DNA of 64,000 nucleotides from Eledone cirrhosa (lineage: Eukaryota), in the NCBI GenBank assembly GCA_964016885.1, contig OZ024762.1, positions 12,958,001 to 13,022,000 of the forward strand, read 5' to 3'. Below are positions 19,139 through 33,084 of the stretch, piece by piece. The notes under the pieces were generated by a model. That model saw only the letters and a list, made by a program, of their open reading frames with translations, had not been told where the DNA came from and searched no databases. The first letter of the stretch is position 1; every line of letters begins with the position of its first letter. A program made the position numbers and the translations under genes.

Positions 19139-20454
19139 CATATATATTATATATATACATATATATATATATATATACATTATATATATACATATATATT
19201 ATATATATATACATTATTATTATTACTACATATATATTATATATATACATATACATATATATTATATATATACATATATATTATATATATATATACATAT
19301 ATATTATATATATATATACATATATATTATATATATATATACATATATATATATAATCATAAATATTATATATATATATATACATATATATTATATATAT
19401 ATATATACATATATATTATATATATATATACATATATATTATATATATATATACATATATATATATAATCATAAATATTATATATATATATACATACATA
19501 TATATTATATATATATACATATATATTATATATATATATATACATATATATTATATATATATACATATATATTATATATATATATACATATATATTATAT
19601 ATATATATACATATATATAATATATATATATATATAATATATATATATACATATATATATATACATATATATTATATATATATGTATATATATATTTTAT
19701 ATATATATACATATATACATATACATATATATTTTATATATATATATACATATATATTATATATATATATATACATATATATATATACATATATATTATA
19801 TATATATATATACATATATACATATACATATATATTATATATATACATATATATTATATATATATACATATATATTAATTATTTATTAAAATAACAGATT
19901 AAAGTTTAAGCAAATATATATGTATATATATATATAATATATATGTTATATATATATAATATATATGTATATATATATATATAATATATATGTATATATA
20001 TATAATATATATGTATATATATATAATATATAATATATATGTATATATATATAATATATATGTATATCATATATATATAATATATATGTATATATATGTA
20101 ATATATATAATATATTATATATATAATATATATGTATATATATATGTAATATATATAATATATTATAAATATAATATATATGTATATATATGTATATATA
20201 TAATATATTATATAAATAATATATATGTATATATATATATGTATATATATAATATATATGTATATATGTATATATATAATATATTATATATATAATATAT
20301 ATGTATATATATAATATATTATATATATATAATATATATATACATATATATTATATATATACAATATATATATACATATATATTATATATATACATATAT
20401 ATTATACATATATATATACATATATATTATATATATATATACATATATATATAC

Positions 20455-20485
<31 letters not shown>

Positions 20486-20494
20486 CATATATAT

Positions 20495-20525
<31 letters not shown>

Positions 20526-20544
20526 TACATATATACATATATAC

Positions 20545-20593
<49 letters not shown>

Positions 20594-20794
20594 TACATAT
20601 ATATATACATATATATATACAAATATATATACATATATATATATATACATATATATTATATATACATATATATATATATACATATATATATACATTTATA
20701 TATACATATATATATACATATATATATATACATATATTATATATATATATACATATATATATACATATATATTACATATATATATATATATTAC

Positions 20795-20825
<31 letters not shown>

Positions 20826-20845
20826 ACATATATATACATATATTA

Positions 20846-20877
<32 letters not shown>

Positions 20878-21169
20878 CATATATTATATATATATATATA
20901 TATATATTACATATGTATATATATATATGTATATATATATAAACATATATATTATATATATATATATACATATATATATATACATATGTATATATATATT
21001 ATATATATAAACATATATATTATATATATATATATATACATATATATATTATATATATAAACATATATATTATATATATAAACATATATATTATATATAT
21101 ATATATATACATATATACATATATACATATATATATATATACATACATATATACACACAGATACACACA

Positions 21170-21215
<46 letters not shown>

Positions 21216-21459
21216 CTTCATTGTTATTTTAGTTGTTACTTAGTTTGTCCTATTCATCGCCATGGCCTCCATATTTTTCCATTGTCCAACGTTGATTGTT
21301 ATTGCTGTTGCTATTATCATTGTTGTAACCATCATCATCAACATCAACATCAACATCATCATCATCATCATCATCATCATCAACATCATCCTCAACATCA
21401 TCGTCGTTATACTAGAAGGATGTAAGCCATTTTTCTTCTTATGTTAAGTATTATCAAAT

Positions 21460-21546
21460 ATGGCCGCCAGCGTAGAATCAAAGCCAACCAAAGAAATATC
21501 TCCTCAAACAACGAGCAACAGTGTGAGATTCGTGTCCAGAACGGAT
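21460..21546 (+). CDS. Candidate first coding exon MAASVESKPTKEISPQTTSNSVRFVSRTD, unknown product
   Basis: AAAT-ATG-GCC start context, open frame of ordinary composition, followed by GAT|GTAAGT donor. No downstream exon recognised. Confidence 0.3.
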
Positions 21547-22339
21547 GTAAGTTTGTCTACAAGCCCTTATCAGTTCTCCGTCCAGTACTCTAGTATAGAC
21601 CAGATGAAGAAGTGATAAGGAGTCACAAGACAGAGCAAGTATATACACACATTACATGTATATATATACATATATAGACACACGTATTTTTATGTACATT
21701 ATATATATATACAGTTGTTGTAGTTGTTGTAGTTGTTGTTGTTGTTGAAGCTGTTGTTGCTGTTGTAGTAGTAGTTGCTGCAGTTGTTGCTGTTGTAGTA
21801 GTAGTTGCTGTAGTAGTAGTTGTTGCTGTTGTTGTTGTAGTAGTTGTAGTTGTAGCTGTTGTTACCGTTGTTGTTGTCGGCTATCCCTTTTTTTTATTTT
21901 CTTGGTTTTGTTTTCCATCCAATTTCGCAGTAAGGGATATTATTATGTTCTTGATGATGGTGGTGTGGCGGCGGAGTTGGTGGTGGTGGTGGTGGTAATA
22001 TTGGTGGCGGTGTTGATGGTAAAAGTGGTGGAGTTGGTGGTCATTGTTTTTTTTTTTTAATTGTTGGTAGTTGTGATCGTTGTAGTGATGATGGTGATGG
22101 TGATGGTGTCGCTGACGATGATGGTGATGGCTTAGGTTTAGCCTTTTGTTTCACAGAGAAATTACAATTACAATAAAAGAAAACAACAATAATAAAAATA
22201 TATATTTTAAAAATGAAAATAGAAAAAAACATTAAAAATAACAAGAACAATAAAAATATATTAGTAATAACAACATCAATAACAAAAAAAAATATTAATA
22301 ATAAGAAGAATATTAACAAAAATATTATAAATAATAATG

Positions 22340-22750
22340 GTTACTAAATTAGGCACAAGCTCAACAATTTAGGGTCAGGGGAAAATTTATTAAATCGACC
22401 CCAGTACATTACTGGTACTTTATTCTATCGACTTCGTAAGAATGAAAGGCAAAATTAATCTCGCAGGGATTTGAACTCAGAACGTAAAGAGCCGGAACTG
22501 AAGCTAATAATAGTAAAAATAATGATTTCTAAATTAGGCACAAAGCCATCAATTTGGGGTCAGGGAAAAATTGATTAAATCGACCCCAGTACATACTGGT
22601 ACGTTATTTTAATGACCCCATAAGGATGAAAGAAAAAAAAATTAACCTCGGCGGGATTTGAACTCAGAAACTCAGAATGTAAAGAACCAGGAACAAATCC
22701 CGTAAAGCAATCTATCCTACGCTCTATAGATTCCGACAATCCACCGCCCT
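22340..22750 (-). mobile_element. Two tandem octopus-type SINE copies
   Basis: AATTAGGCACAA...ATCGACCCCAGTACAT...GGATTTGAACTCAG occurs twice (~22340-22500 and ~22523-22750). Confidence 0.85.
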
Positions 22751-22814
22751 CTAACGGTATCTAACGAAGGCAACAAGGTTTGAAATTTTGGCGGGAGGAG
22801 AAATCGAGTTAATC

Positions 22815-23495
22815 TAAGTAGAGTCGCTACTTCTTCGAATTGAGAGATTACAGCTCTGATACTATGGACATGTGGTTAGAATATCCCAGGAAAGAATCAC
22901 TGGAGAGTCACTCCTGGTAGGGCTGCTACTTCACCAAATTGAGAAATCACAGCTCTGATACTATGGACATGTGGTTAGAATATCCCAGGAAAGAATCCCT
23001 GGAGAGTCACTCCTGGTAGGGCTGCTACTTCACCAAATTGAGAGATCACAGCTCTGATACTATGGGTAGGTGGTTAGAATGTCTCAGGAAAGAGTGTCTG
23101 AATTGAGAGCTCACAGCTTCAATACTATTGGCATGGGGTAGGAATGTTTCAGGAAAGAATCAATGGACAGATTTGTAGTTTAGAGATCAGAGAGTCACTC
23201 CAGGTAGAGTTGCTACTTCTCCGAATTGAGAGATCACAGCTCTGATATTAAAGACATGGTGTTAGAATGTCTCAGGAAAGAATCACTGGACAGATTTTAC
23301 GGGCAAAACCAACTGGCAGGAGACTCAGGGGTAGACCCTGAGCAAGATGGTTGGATAACATCCATGAGCTTGGCTGGTCTCACTTGGGGATCCAGCCAGA
23401 TCAGTTGGATATGGTTGTTTCTGACAGGACCTGAAGGAATAATTGGGAGAAGAAGAAGAAGAAGAAGAAGAAGAAGAAGAAGAAGAAGAAGAAGA
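22815..23495 (+). mobile_element. 3' end of an RTE-clade (Rex3/Expander-like) LINE, decayed, with internal duplications and a (GAA)n tail
   Basis: Translation LLLRIERSQL*Y*RHGVRMSQERITGQILRAKPTGRRLRGRP*ARWLDNIHELGWSHLGIQPDQLDMV matches the RTE C-terminal pattern (IERSQLRWxGH...GRRPRGRPRxRWxD). Short-repeat tails are typical of RTE. Confidence 0.85.
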
Positions 23496-23970
23496 GAAAT
23501 CGATCCCTCCCCTGTACTTGACTTGTAATTTATTTTATCAACTAGGGAAAGGATGAAATACAAAGTGGATCAGGGCGGGATTTGACTGAAACTAAATAAC
23601 TATTTCTGATTTAGACATAAGGCCAACAATATTTTGGGGGAAGTGGAAAGTCGATTAAATCTACCCCAGTGCGTTACTGGTACTTTATTTTATCGACCAC
23701 CGTAAGAATGAAAGACAAAAGTTAACCTCGGTGGGATTTGAACCCAAAACGTAACTGAATCAAATAACAATAAAAAAAAAAGAAATAATTGTTTTAAACA
23801 TACATACAGGATGAGGTTTTCTAGTAGAGAAGGATTAAGTAGTCGACGAAATCCATTGCAATAAGACGAATTAAATGCCTTGTGGTATTTGATCCAGGTG
23901 TATGAGCTTCCAGTTGAAATCCCTCCGAGATCAAGTCCTTCCTTTCGGTGTCGATAAATCAGGTATCAGG
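23495..23970. mobile_element. Cluster of degenerate SINE copies (two minus, one plus)
   Basis: Family motifs at ~23495-23585 (-), 23600-23755 (-) and 23880-23970 (+). Confidence 0.7.
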
Positions 23971-24584
23971 GTAGGGCGATGGTAGAGCGATGGATTGGTG
24001 GTATCGTTAGAGCATGTGATAGCTGTCCCGGCTCTGTGTGTTCTGAGCTCATATCCAGTAGTAGTAGTAGCAGTGGTGGTAGTAGTAGCAGTGATGGTAG
24101 TAGTAGTAGTAGTGGCAGTAGTAGTAGTAGTAGTAGTAGAAGTAGTGGTGGTAGTAGTAGTAACAGTGGTGGTGGTGGTAGAAGTATTGGTAGTAGTAGT
24201 GGTGGTGGTGGTGGTAATAAAGTAGTTATAATTTATGCATTTAGCTATCAATAATAATCCAACTATTATTATAGTTATCGGCAATGTGGTGAATATATTT
24301 TCGAATTTCAAATTTCCCAACGACGGTTTGTAAGTCAGCGCGATGTTCCGTTATATATTATATGTGGTATGTGTTGTGTGTGTGTGTATGTGCGTGGTGT
24401 GTGTGTGTGCGTGTGTGTATGTGCGTGTGTGTATGTGAGTGTGTGTGTGTGTGTGTATGTGCGTGTGTGTATGTGTGTGTGTGTGTATGTGTGTGTGTGC
24501 GTGTGTGTATGTATGTGTGTATGTGTGTATGTGTGTGCGTGTGTGTATGTGTATGTGTGTATGTGTAGACCTGTAACTCATGGT

Positions 24585-24680
24585 GGAATCGTGGAGGGGC
24601 CGTTGTGACGTGGGGCGTTCCTTGGGCAATTTTAAACATGGCGGAGCCCATCCCACTCCAGGTCAATTTCCTCCAGAAAG
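24585..24680. promoter_or_regulatory. GC-rich island with TGACGTGG and a YY1 site
   Basis: TGACGTGG 24606-24613; AAACATGGCGG 24634-24644. Confidence 0.35.
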
Positions 24681-25004
24681 ATATATATATATATATATTA
24701 TTCATTCTTTATATATATATATATATATATATATATCCGACATTTTAACGACTCCGCCAAGACGCTTCTTTTTCTTTTCGTATCTTCGAAGCATGTGGTT
24801 ATATAACAGTTTCCCATTTCTTTACACAGTCCTTTGCATTATTATTAAATTCTGTGAGATCTTTTAAGCTGCACTGGTTGGGTGGTAGAGGGCAAACAAG
24901 GCAGGGCTGCATCGTATGGTCCTCCTCTCCGCTATACATACATAACACACATACTTATATACATATATATATATATACATATATATATACACACATATAT
25001 ATAT

Positions 25005-25077
<73 letters not shown>

Positions 25078-25284
25078 TATATCTCCCTACCATGGTTGGT
25101 ACGATGACCAGGAAGATCACAAATCAAAGTATTACCTATTTTATCACCCCCCCCACCTACATAAAAATTCAAGGTAAGATCGATATGATTGGATTCGAAG
25201 CTAAAATTAAAATATGACGCAATTAAAAATATAAAAATATTTTCTCAACAGTAATTAGAATATTAAGAATGTTAGTAAGGCATA

Positions 25285-25490
25285 AAGCGGTGTGTGATTA
25301 GCATAATTGGTAGAGCGTCAGTATTCGTTCTGGTTCATTATATTGTGAGTTCAAATCCCGCCAAGTTCAATTCTGCCGTTCATTTTTCAGGGGCCTATAA
25401 AATAAAACACCTTTCAAGTACCGTGGATTGGTTAAATCAAATTTTCCCTTTCCTCCGCAATTTTTGCTAGGGTTAGGCCTAAAATTGAAA
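25285..25490 (+). mobile_element. Diverged octopus-type SINE, plus strand
   Basis: TAGCATAATTGGTAGAGCG (A-box-like), GAGTTCAAATCCCGCC (B box), then the degenerate body. Confidence 0.75.
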
Positions 25491-25589
25491 TTAATGTGTT
25501 TTAGCTGAGGAAAGCGTACCAATATGTTTTGGCACCCTTGAAATATATATAATAAAATAAATAGGGCTTTATAAATATAGTTTCCATTT

Positions 25590-26510
25590 ATTTCTGATTA
25601 AGGCACAAGATCAATAATCTTTCGGGGAGGGAAAAGTCGATTAAATCAACCACAGTACATTACTGGTACTTTATTTATCGACTCCGTAAGGATGAAAGGT
25701 AAAGCTAGCCTCGGCGGTATTTGACCGATACATCGTCCTTAAAATAGTTTCTCATTTAGATACAAGGCCAAACATTTTGCGGAGAGGGGAAAGTCGATTA
25801 AATCAACCACAGTACATTACTGGTACTTTATTTATCGACTCCGTAAGGATGAAAGGTAAAGCTAGCCTCGGCGGTATTTGACCGATACATCGTCCTTAAA
25901 ATAGTTTCTCATTTAGATACAAGGCCAAACATTTTGCGGGGAGGGGAAAGTCGATTAAATCAACCACAGTACATTACTGGTACTTTATTTATCGACTCCG
26001 TAAGGATGAAAGGTAAAGCTAGCCTCGGCGGTATTTGACCGATACATCGTCCTTAAAATAGTTTCTCATTTAGATACAAGGCCAAACATTTTGCGGGGAG
26101 GGGAAAGTCGATTAAATCAACCACAGTACATTACTGGTACTTTATTTATCGACTCCGTAAGGATGAAAGGTAAAGCTAGCCTCGGCGGTATTTGACCGAT
26201 ACATCGCCCTTAAAATAGTTTCTCATTTAGATACAAGGCCAAACATTTTGCGGGGAGGGGGAAAGTCGATTAAATCAACCCCAGTGTGTTACTGGTACTG
26301 TATTTTATTGACCCCTGAAAGCTAACCTCGACGAAATTAGACCAATCCATCACCCTGAAAATTGTTTCTAGTTTAGACACAAGGTTAATAATTTTGCAGG
26401 AAGGAGAAATTCGTTTTAAATCGACCCCAGTTCGCTACTGGTACTGTATTTTATCGAGGCCCAAAAGGATGAAAGTCAAGTTAACCTCGATCGGATTTAC
26501 CGACGTTCTA
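25590..26510 (-). repeat. SINE-derived tandem array, 157-bp unit
   Basis: AAGTCGATTAAATC at ~25634, 25791, 25948, 26105 and 26263 (spacing 157/157/157/158); diverged copies follow. Confidence 0.92.
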
Positions 26511-26546
26511 AAGATTCAATGCCAACCCACTAACCTTAATAATAAT

Positions 26547-26668
26547 AATTGTTTCTACTTTAGGCACAAGGCCAGCAATTACCCAGTGTATTACTGGTGC
26601 TTTATTTTATCGAAAAGGATGAGAGGCAAAATTTAAGCTCGGCAGGATTTGAACTCAGAACGTAAAGA

Positions 26669-26670
<2 letters not shown>
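26547..26670 (-). mobile_element. Octopus-type SINE copy
   Basis: TTTCTACTTTAGGCACAAGGCCAGCAATTACCCAGTG...GGATTTGAACTCAGAACGTAAAG. Confidence 0.88.
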
Positions 26671-26703
<33 letters not shown>

Positions 26704-26798
26704 GATAAATGATAAAATGATAATAATTATAACATAAACAAGAATAAAGTAACAAAATAACACATCAAGCCTGAAAACAAGTGTATGTGTGTATGTGT

Positions 26799-26868
<70 letters not shown>

Positions 26869-26927
26869 ATTATGTGTGAAGAGTAAACAGACAAAATTTA
26901 CTTAATTTTTCCTCGTAGTTCCGAATG

Positions 26928-26977
<50 letters not shown>

Positions 26978-26992
26978 ATTATATATATATAT

Positions 26993-27058
<66 letters not shown>

Positions 27059-27380
27059 TATATAATATATATAAATATATTATATATAATGTGAAATATG
27101 TATAATATATATATATAAAATACATATATATAATATATATATTGTAAAATATTAATAATTAATATATATATGTAAAATATTAATAATTAATATATATAAT
27201 ATATACATTACACAAACACACTATATAAATATACATTTAATATAAAATAATATATATATATATTATACATATATATATATATATATAAAATTTCCTTGAG
27301 TTCTTCATGTTTTTGGTAACAAGTACTTTTATATCCATCTGTTGTTCCGGACACAGTCTGTCTTAATTTACTCATACACA

Positions 27381-27423
<43 letters not shown>

Positions 27424-27560
27424 TATATATACACATATTATAATATATATATATATAATATATATATATACACACATTATATATATAATATATATACATA
27501 TATATATATACACATTATATATATATACAAAAATATAATAAATGTTACATATATATATAC

Positions 27561-27751
27561 GTTATTCCGGGTTGAATCGGAGGTAACCACAGTAAGTAAG
27601 GTACTCAATACATTGCAGAGTATAAAAGTTTTAATATAGATGAGATTCTACAGGACTAGAACTGTTTCATTCTTTAGAAATCATCAGGAATCCTGATGAT
27701 TTCTAAAGAATGAAACAGTTCTAGTCCTGTAGAATCTCATCTATATTAAAA

Positions 27752-27754
<3 letters not shown>
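27561..27754. mobile_element. (TA)n-embedded element ending in a perfect 64-bp-arm palindrome with a hammerhead core
   Basis: Arms 27626-27689 and 27691-27754 around a single A. Right arm reads TC-CTGATGA-TTTCTAAAGAAT-GAAA-CAG-TTCTAGTC-CTG-TA-GAATC. A fragment recurs at ~52003-52042. Confidence 0.85.
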
Positions 27755-27837
<83 letters not shown>

Positions 27838-27966
27838 GTATATGTATAAAACATATATATACATGTATATATATGAAACAAACACAAACATATATAAAGC
27901 AACAATATTATAGCAAGAGAAAAAGATAAAGAATTGTATGCATGAATCTATGAATATATGTATATG

Positions 27967-28032
<66 letters not shown>

Positions 28033-28087
28033 ACACCATCCACAACCATCATCATATCAACAGGGTGACGTACTTATTAATTCATAT

Positions 28088-28165
<78 letters not shown>

Positions 28166-28217
28166 ATATATGTATGTATATGTATATGTATATATACATA
28201 TATATATGTATGTATAC

Positions 28218-28257
<40 letters not shown>

Positions 28258-28359
28258 TTGAGTGTTCAGGAATATTCAATATGGCTAAATCTTCCAACGA
28301 TACAGTCAAGTACGTATAATATAAGGAATTTAAATAATGTATGTATAATATATGAAACA

Positions 28360-28401
<42 letters not shown>

Positions 28402-28524
28402 TATATATATATCTATATATATATACGGTCCAAATAATCCGTAAGAATATTCCATTCTTGTTGCTGTTGTTTCATTGTCTTAATCTCTTTTTTCTTTTCT
28501 TTTCTCTAAAATGTTCAGAAGCTG

Positions 28525-29675
28525 TTGATGATAGTGATGATGGTGGTGTATAAATTGTTGATGATAGTGATGATGGTGGTGTATAAATTGTTGATGATAG
28601 TGATGATGGTGGTGTATAAATTGTTGATGATAGTGATGATGGTGGTGTATAAATTGTTGATGATAGTGATGATGGTGGTGTATAAATTGTTGATGATAGT
28701 GATGATGGTGGTGTATAAATTGTTGATGATAGTGATGATGGTGGTGTATAAATTGTTGATGATGATGATGATGGTGGTGGTGGTGTATAAATAGTTGATG
28801 ATGATGGTGGTGGTGTATAAATTGTTGATGATGGTGATGATGGTGGTGGTGGTGTATGCATTGTTGATGATGGTGATGGTGATGGTGGTGGTGTATAAAT
28901 TGTTGATGATGGTGATGATGGTGGTGGTGTATAAATTGTTGATGATGGTGATGATGGTGGTGGTGTATAAATTGTTGATGATGGTGATGGTGATGGTGGT
29001 GGTGTATGCATTGTTGATGATGGTGATGGTGATGGTGGTGGTGTATAAATTGTTGATGATGGTGATGATGGTGGTGGTGTATAAATTGTTGATGATGGTG
29101 ATGATGGTGGTGGTGGTGGTGTATGCATTGTTGATGATGGTGGTGGTGGTGGTGGTGTATACATTGTTGATGATGATGGTGATGGTGGTGGTGGTGGTGG
29201 TGGTGGTGTATACATTGCTGATGATGATGGTGATGGTGGTGGTGGTGGTGGTGGTGGTGTATACATTGCTGATGATGATGGTGGTGGTGGTGGTGGTGGT
29301 GGTGGTGGTGGTGTATACATTGTTGATGATGGTGATGGTGGTGGTGGTGGTGGTGGTGGTGTATACATTGCTGATGATGATGGTGGTGGTGGTGGTGGTG
29401 GTGGTGGTGGTGGTGTATACATTGTTGATGATGGTGATGGTGATGGTGGTGGTGGTGGTGGTGGTGGTGTATACATTGCTGATGATGATGGTGATGGTGG
29501 TGGTGGTGGTGGTGGTGTATACATTGCTGATGATGATGGTGGTGGTGGTGGTGGTGGTGTATACATTGCTGATGATGATGGTGGTGGTGGTGGTGGTGGT
29601 GGTGGTGTATACATTGCTGATGATGATGGTGGTGGTGGTGGTGGTGGTGGTGGTGTATACATTGCTGATGATGAT
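28525..29675. repeat. Minisatellite, 33-bp unit TTGTTGATGATAGTGATGATGGTGGTGTATAAA grading into GGT-expanded units
   Basis: Direct reading; unit lengths are multiples of three. Confidence 0.93.
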
Positions 29676-29869
29676 GAATAAGATGAAGGCGCCGTTGATT
29701 ACGTTACGATTATCATAAGGATAATGTTACTGATGGTGGTACTGGTGATGATGATGATGATGATGATGGTTATGATGGTGATGATGGTGATGATGGTTAT
29801 GATGGTGATGGTTATGATGGTGATGATGCATCTGTTGACGACGATAACGATGATGATGATCACGGTGTT

Positions 29870-30100
29870 AAATGGCGGCTATAGTGATGACGATGGTGGT
29901 GGTGGTGATGATAATGATGATAATTATTAATGATAATGATGATGCTGATGATGATGACGATAAAGACAGTGATGATGATAATAACGATGTTGATGATGAT
30001 GATGATGATGTATCAGTAGATGACGTCATTGCTACAGCTGACAGAATATTTCTCAAAGGAGGACCAATGTCGTTTCTGTTCAGAGTTTGGCGGGTAAAAC
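29870..30100. promoter_or_regulatory. YY1, CRE, CCAAT and E2F-like motifs in a short island
   Basis: AAATGGCGGC 29870-29879; TGACGTCA 30021-30028; CCAAT ~30064; TTTGGCGGG ~30086. Confidence 0.3.
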
Positions 30101-30293
30101 AGACACTTGAGGAGCAGTGTTGATATATGTATATATATGTATATGTATATATATGTATGTATATATATGTATATATATGTATGTATATATATATGTATGT
30201 ATATATATGTATATATATATATGTATATATATGTATATGTATATATATGTATGTATATATATATATGTATATATATGTATATATATATGTATA

Positions 30294-30390
<97 letters not shown>

Positions 30391-30461
30391 GTATATATAT
30401 ATATATATATGTATATATATGTATATATATATGTATATATATGTATATGTATGTATATATG

Positions 30462-30492
<31 letters not shown>

Positions 30493-30513
30493 GTATGTAT
30501 ATATGTATATATG

Positions 30514-30548
<35 letters not shown>

Positions 30549-30590
30549 ATGTATGTGGGGATATATATATGTGTGTGTATATGTGGGGAT

Positions 30591-30622
<32 letters not shown>

Positions 30623-30668
30623 GTGTATATGTGGGGATTTATATATATATATGTGTGTGTATATGTGG

Positions 30669-30721
<53 letters not shown>

Positions 30722-30879
30722 ATATTGTAAAAATGTACATACACATGTGTGTATATGTATATATATATATGTGTGTGTGTTTATATGTATATATATATAT
30801 ATGTGTGTATGTATATGTGTATGTATATATATATATGTGTGTATGTATATGTGTATATATATATATATATGGGTGTGTA

Positions 30880-30910
<31 letters not shown>

Positions 30911-30953
30911 GGGTGTGTATGTATATGTGTATGTATATATATATATGTGTGTA

Positions 30954-30986
<33 letters not shown>

Positions 30987-31354
30987 GGGTGTGTATGTAT
31001 ATGTGTATATATATATATATGTGTGTGTGTATGGTACAGTAATATGTGGGTAGTACACATAAAGTCCATTTTCTTCTTTTTCTTCATTCCTATGTTTCTT
31101 TTCTTTTTTAAAATTATCTTTTCTTTCTTCTCCTTCTTCTTTTTCTTCTTTTTCTTCTTCTTCTTCTTCTTCTTCTTCTTCTTCTTCTTCTTCTTCTTCT
31201 CAAAAACGTCGTTGTCCTCCTCCTCTTCTTCTATATGTATTGTCTTTTCCTTTCCCCCTCTCTATCTTCCTTTCTCTTATTCTTACTTACTGCCCCCATC
31301 CCCTCCACGGTCACCCCGCCCCCATCTTGGTGTGTCGTGACTTACAAACACACT

Positions 31355-31705
31355 TACAGACATACAGACACATACAGGCACACACACACCTATATATACA
31401 GACATACAGACACACACACACACCTATATATACAGACATACAGACACACACACACACCTATATATACAGACATACAGACACACACACACACCTATATATA
31501 CAGACATACAGACACACACACACACCTATATATACAGACATACAGACACACACACACACCTATATATACAGACATACAGACACACACACACACCTATATA
31601 TACAGACATACAGACACACACACACACCTATATATACAGACATACAGACACACACACACCTATATATACAGACATACAGACACACACACACCTGTATATA
31701 CATAC
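31355..31705. repeat. ~34-bp minisatellite CACCTATATATACAGACATACAGACACACACACA
   Basis: About nine near-identical units. Confidence 0.92.
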
Positions 31706-31826
31706 ATACAGAGACATACATACATAAGCTAGACAAAAAGATAGATAGATAGATTTACAGAAGGATATATATATATATATATAGATAGAGAGAGAGCGGG
31801 GTATATAAAGGAGAGAGAGAAAGAGA

Positions 31827-31929
<103 letters not shown>

Positions 31930-32023
31930 TATATAGTGAAAGCGAGAAAAATGGAGTGATAGATAGATGGATATACAGATATATTTAGAGAGAAAGAAAG
32001 AGAGATGTCTGTGTATATATATA

Positions 32024-32066
<43 letters not shown>

Positions 32067-32238
32067 GAAAATCTAGCTAGCTAGCTAGAGAGAGAGAAAG
32101 AGAGCTAGACAGAAGTGTAAGAGGATAGCTAGAAGGACAGACATACATACATACATACATACATACATACATACATACATACAGACAGACATACAGACAG
32201 ACATACATACATACATACAGACAGACAGACAGACAGAG

Positions 32239-32286
<48 letters not shown>

Positions 32287-32388
32287 GAGAGAGACAGACA
32301 GACATGCTAGCAGACAGACAGAGAGACAAATAGATAGACAGAGAGACAGACAGACAGACAGACAGAGAGACAAACAGACAGACAGAGC

Positions 32389-32430
<42 letters not shown>

Positions 32431-32579
32431 GCGACAGAGTGACAGGCAGAGAGAAAGACAGACAGAGAGACAGAGAGACAGAGAGACAGAGAGACAGACA
32501 GAGAGACAGAGAGACAGAGAGACAGACAGACAGACAGAGAGACAGACAGACAGACAGACAGAAGGAGAGATAGATGGCG

Positions 32580-32785
32580 AGAGGGGATAAGAAGATAGTG
32601 AGGAGAGCCTGAGAAAAACTAGATCCAAGCCTCATGAATAGGTCGGAAAAAATTGGCACCAACCTTGAGTCCCAAGTTGGGAGAAAATGAAGTGTGAACG
32701 GAAAAAGAACTGCACATGCGCACTGCACAGCAACTCTCAGCAAAAGTTGTCGTTTCAGGCCTTAGTTAGTGAGTGCCACGCCCAT
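32580..32785. promoter_or_regulatory. Unique island between (GACA/GA)n and (CT)n with NRF1-like and KLF/Sp motifs
   Basis: TGCACATGCGCA ~32711; GCCACGCCC ~32775. Confidence 0.3.
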
Positions 32786-32886
32786 CTCTCTCTGTCTCTC
32801 TCTCTCCCTTTTCCCTCTCTCTCTCCTTTCTTTCTCTCTCTCTTCCTCTCGCTCTCTCTCCTTTTCTTTCACCTTTTTCTCTCTCT

Positions 32887-32937
<51 letters not shown>

Positions 32938-32943
32938 CTCTCT

Positions 32944-32983
<40 letters not shown>

Positions 32984-33084
32984 TCTCTCTTTCACTCTTT
33001 CTCTCTTGTTCTCATTCTCCCCCCCTCTCTCTCCGAAATGAAACATCTTTCGGCATTGTATGTATAGTGTTGTTGTTGTTGTTA

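Noticed and set aside
24638-24680. ATG GCG GAG start (MAEPIPLQ...)
   Set aside because: Only a weak donor (GTCAAT) and it runs into (TA)n; better explained as a YY1 site.
25590-26330. CRISPR-like regular repeats
   Set aside because: Whole units are identical with no unique spacers; SINE-derived; eukaryotic context.
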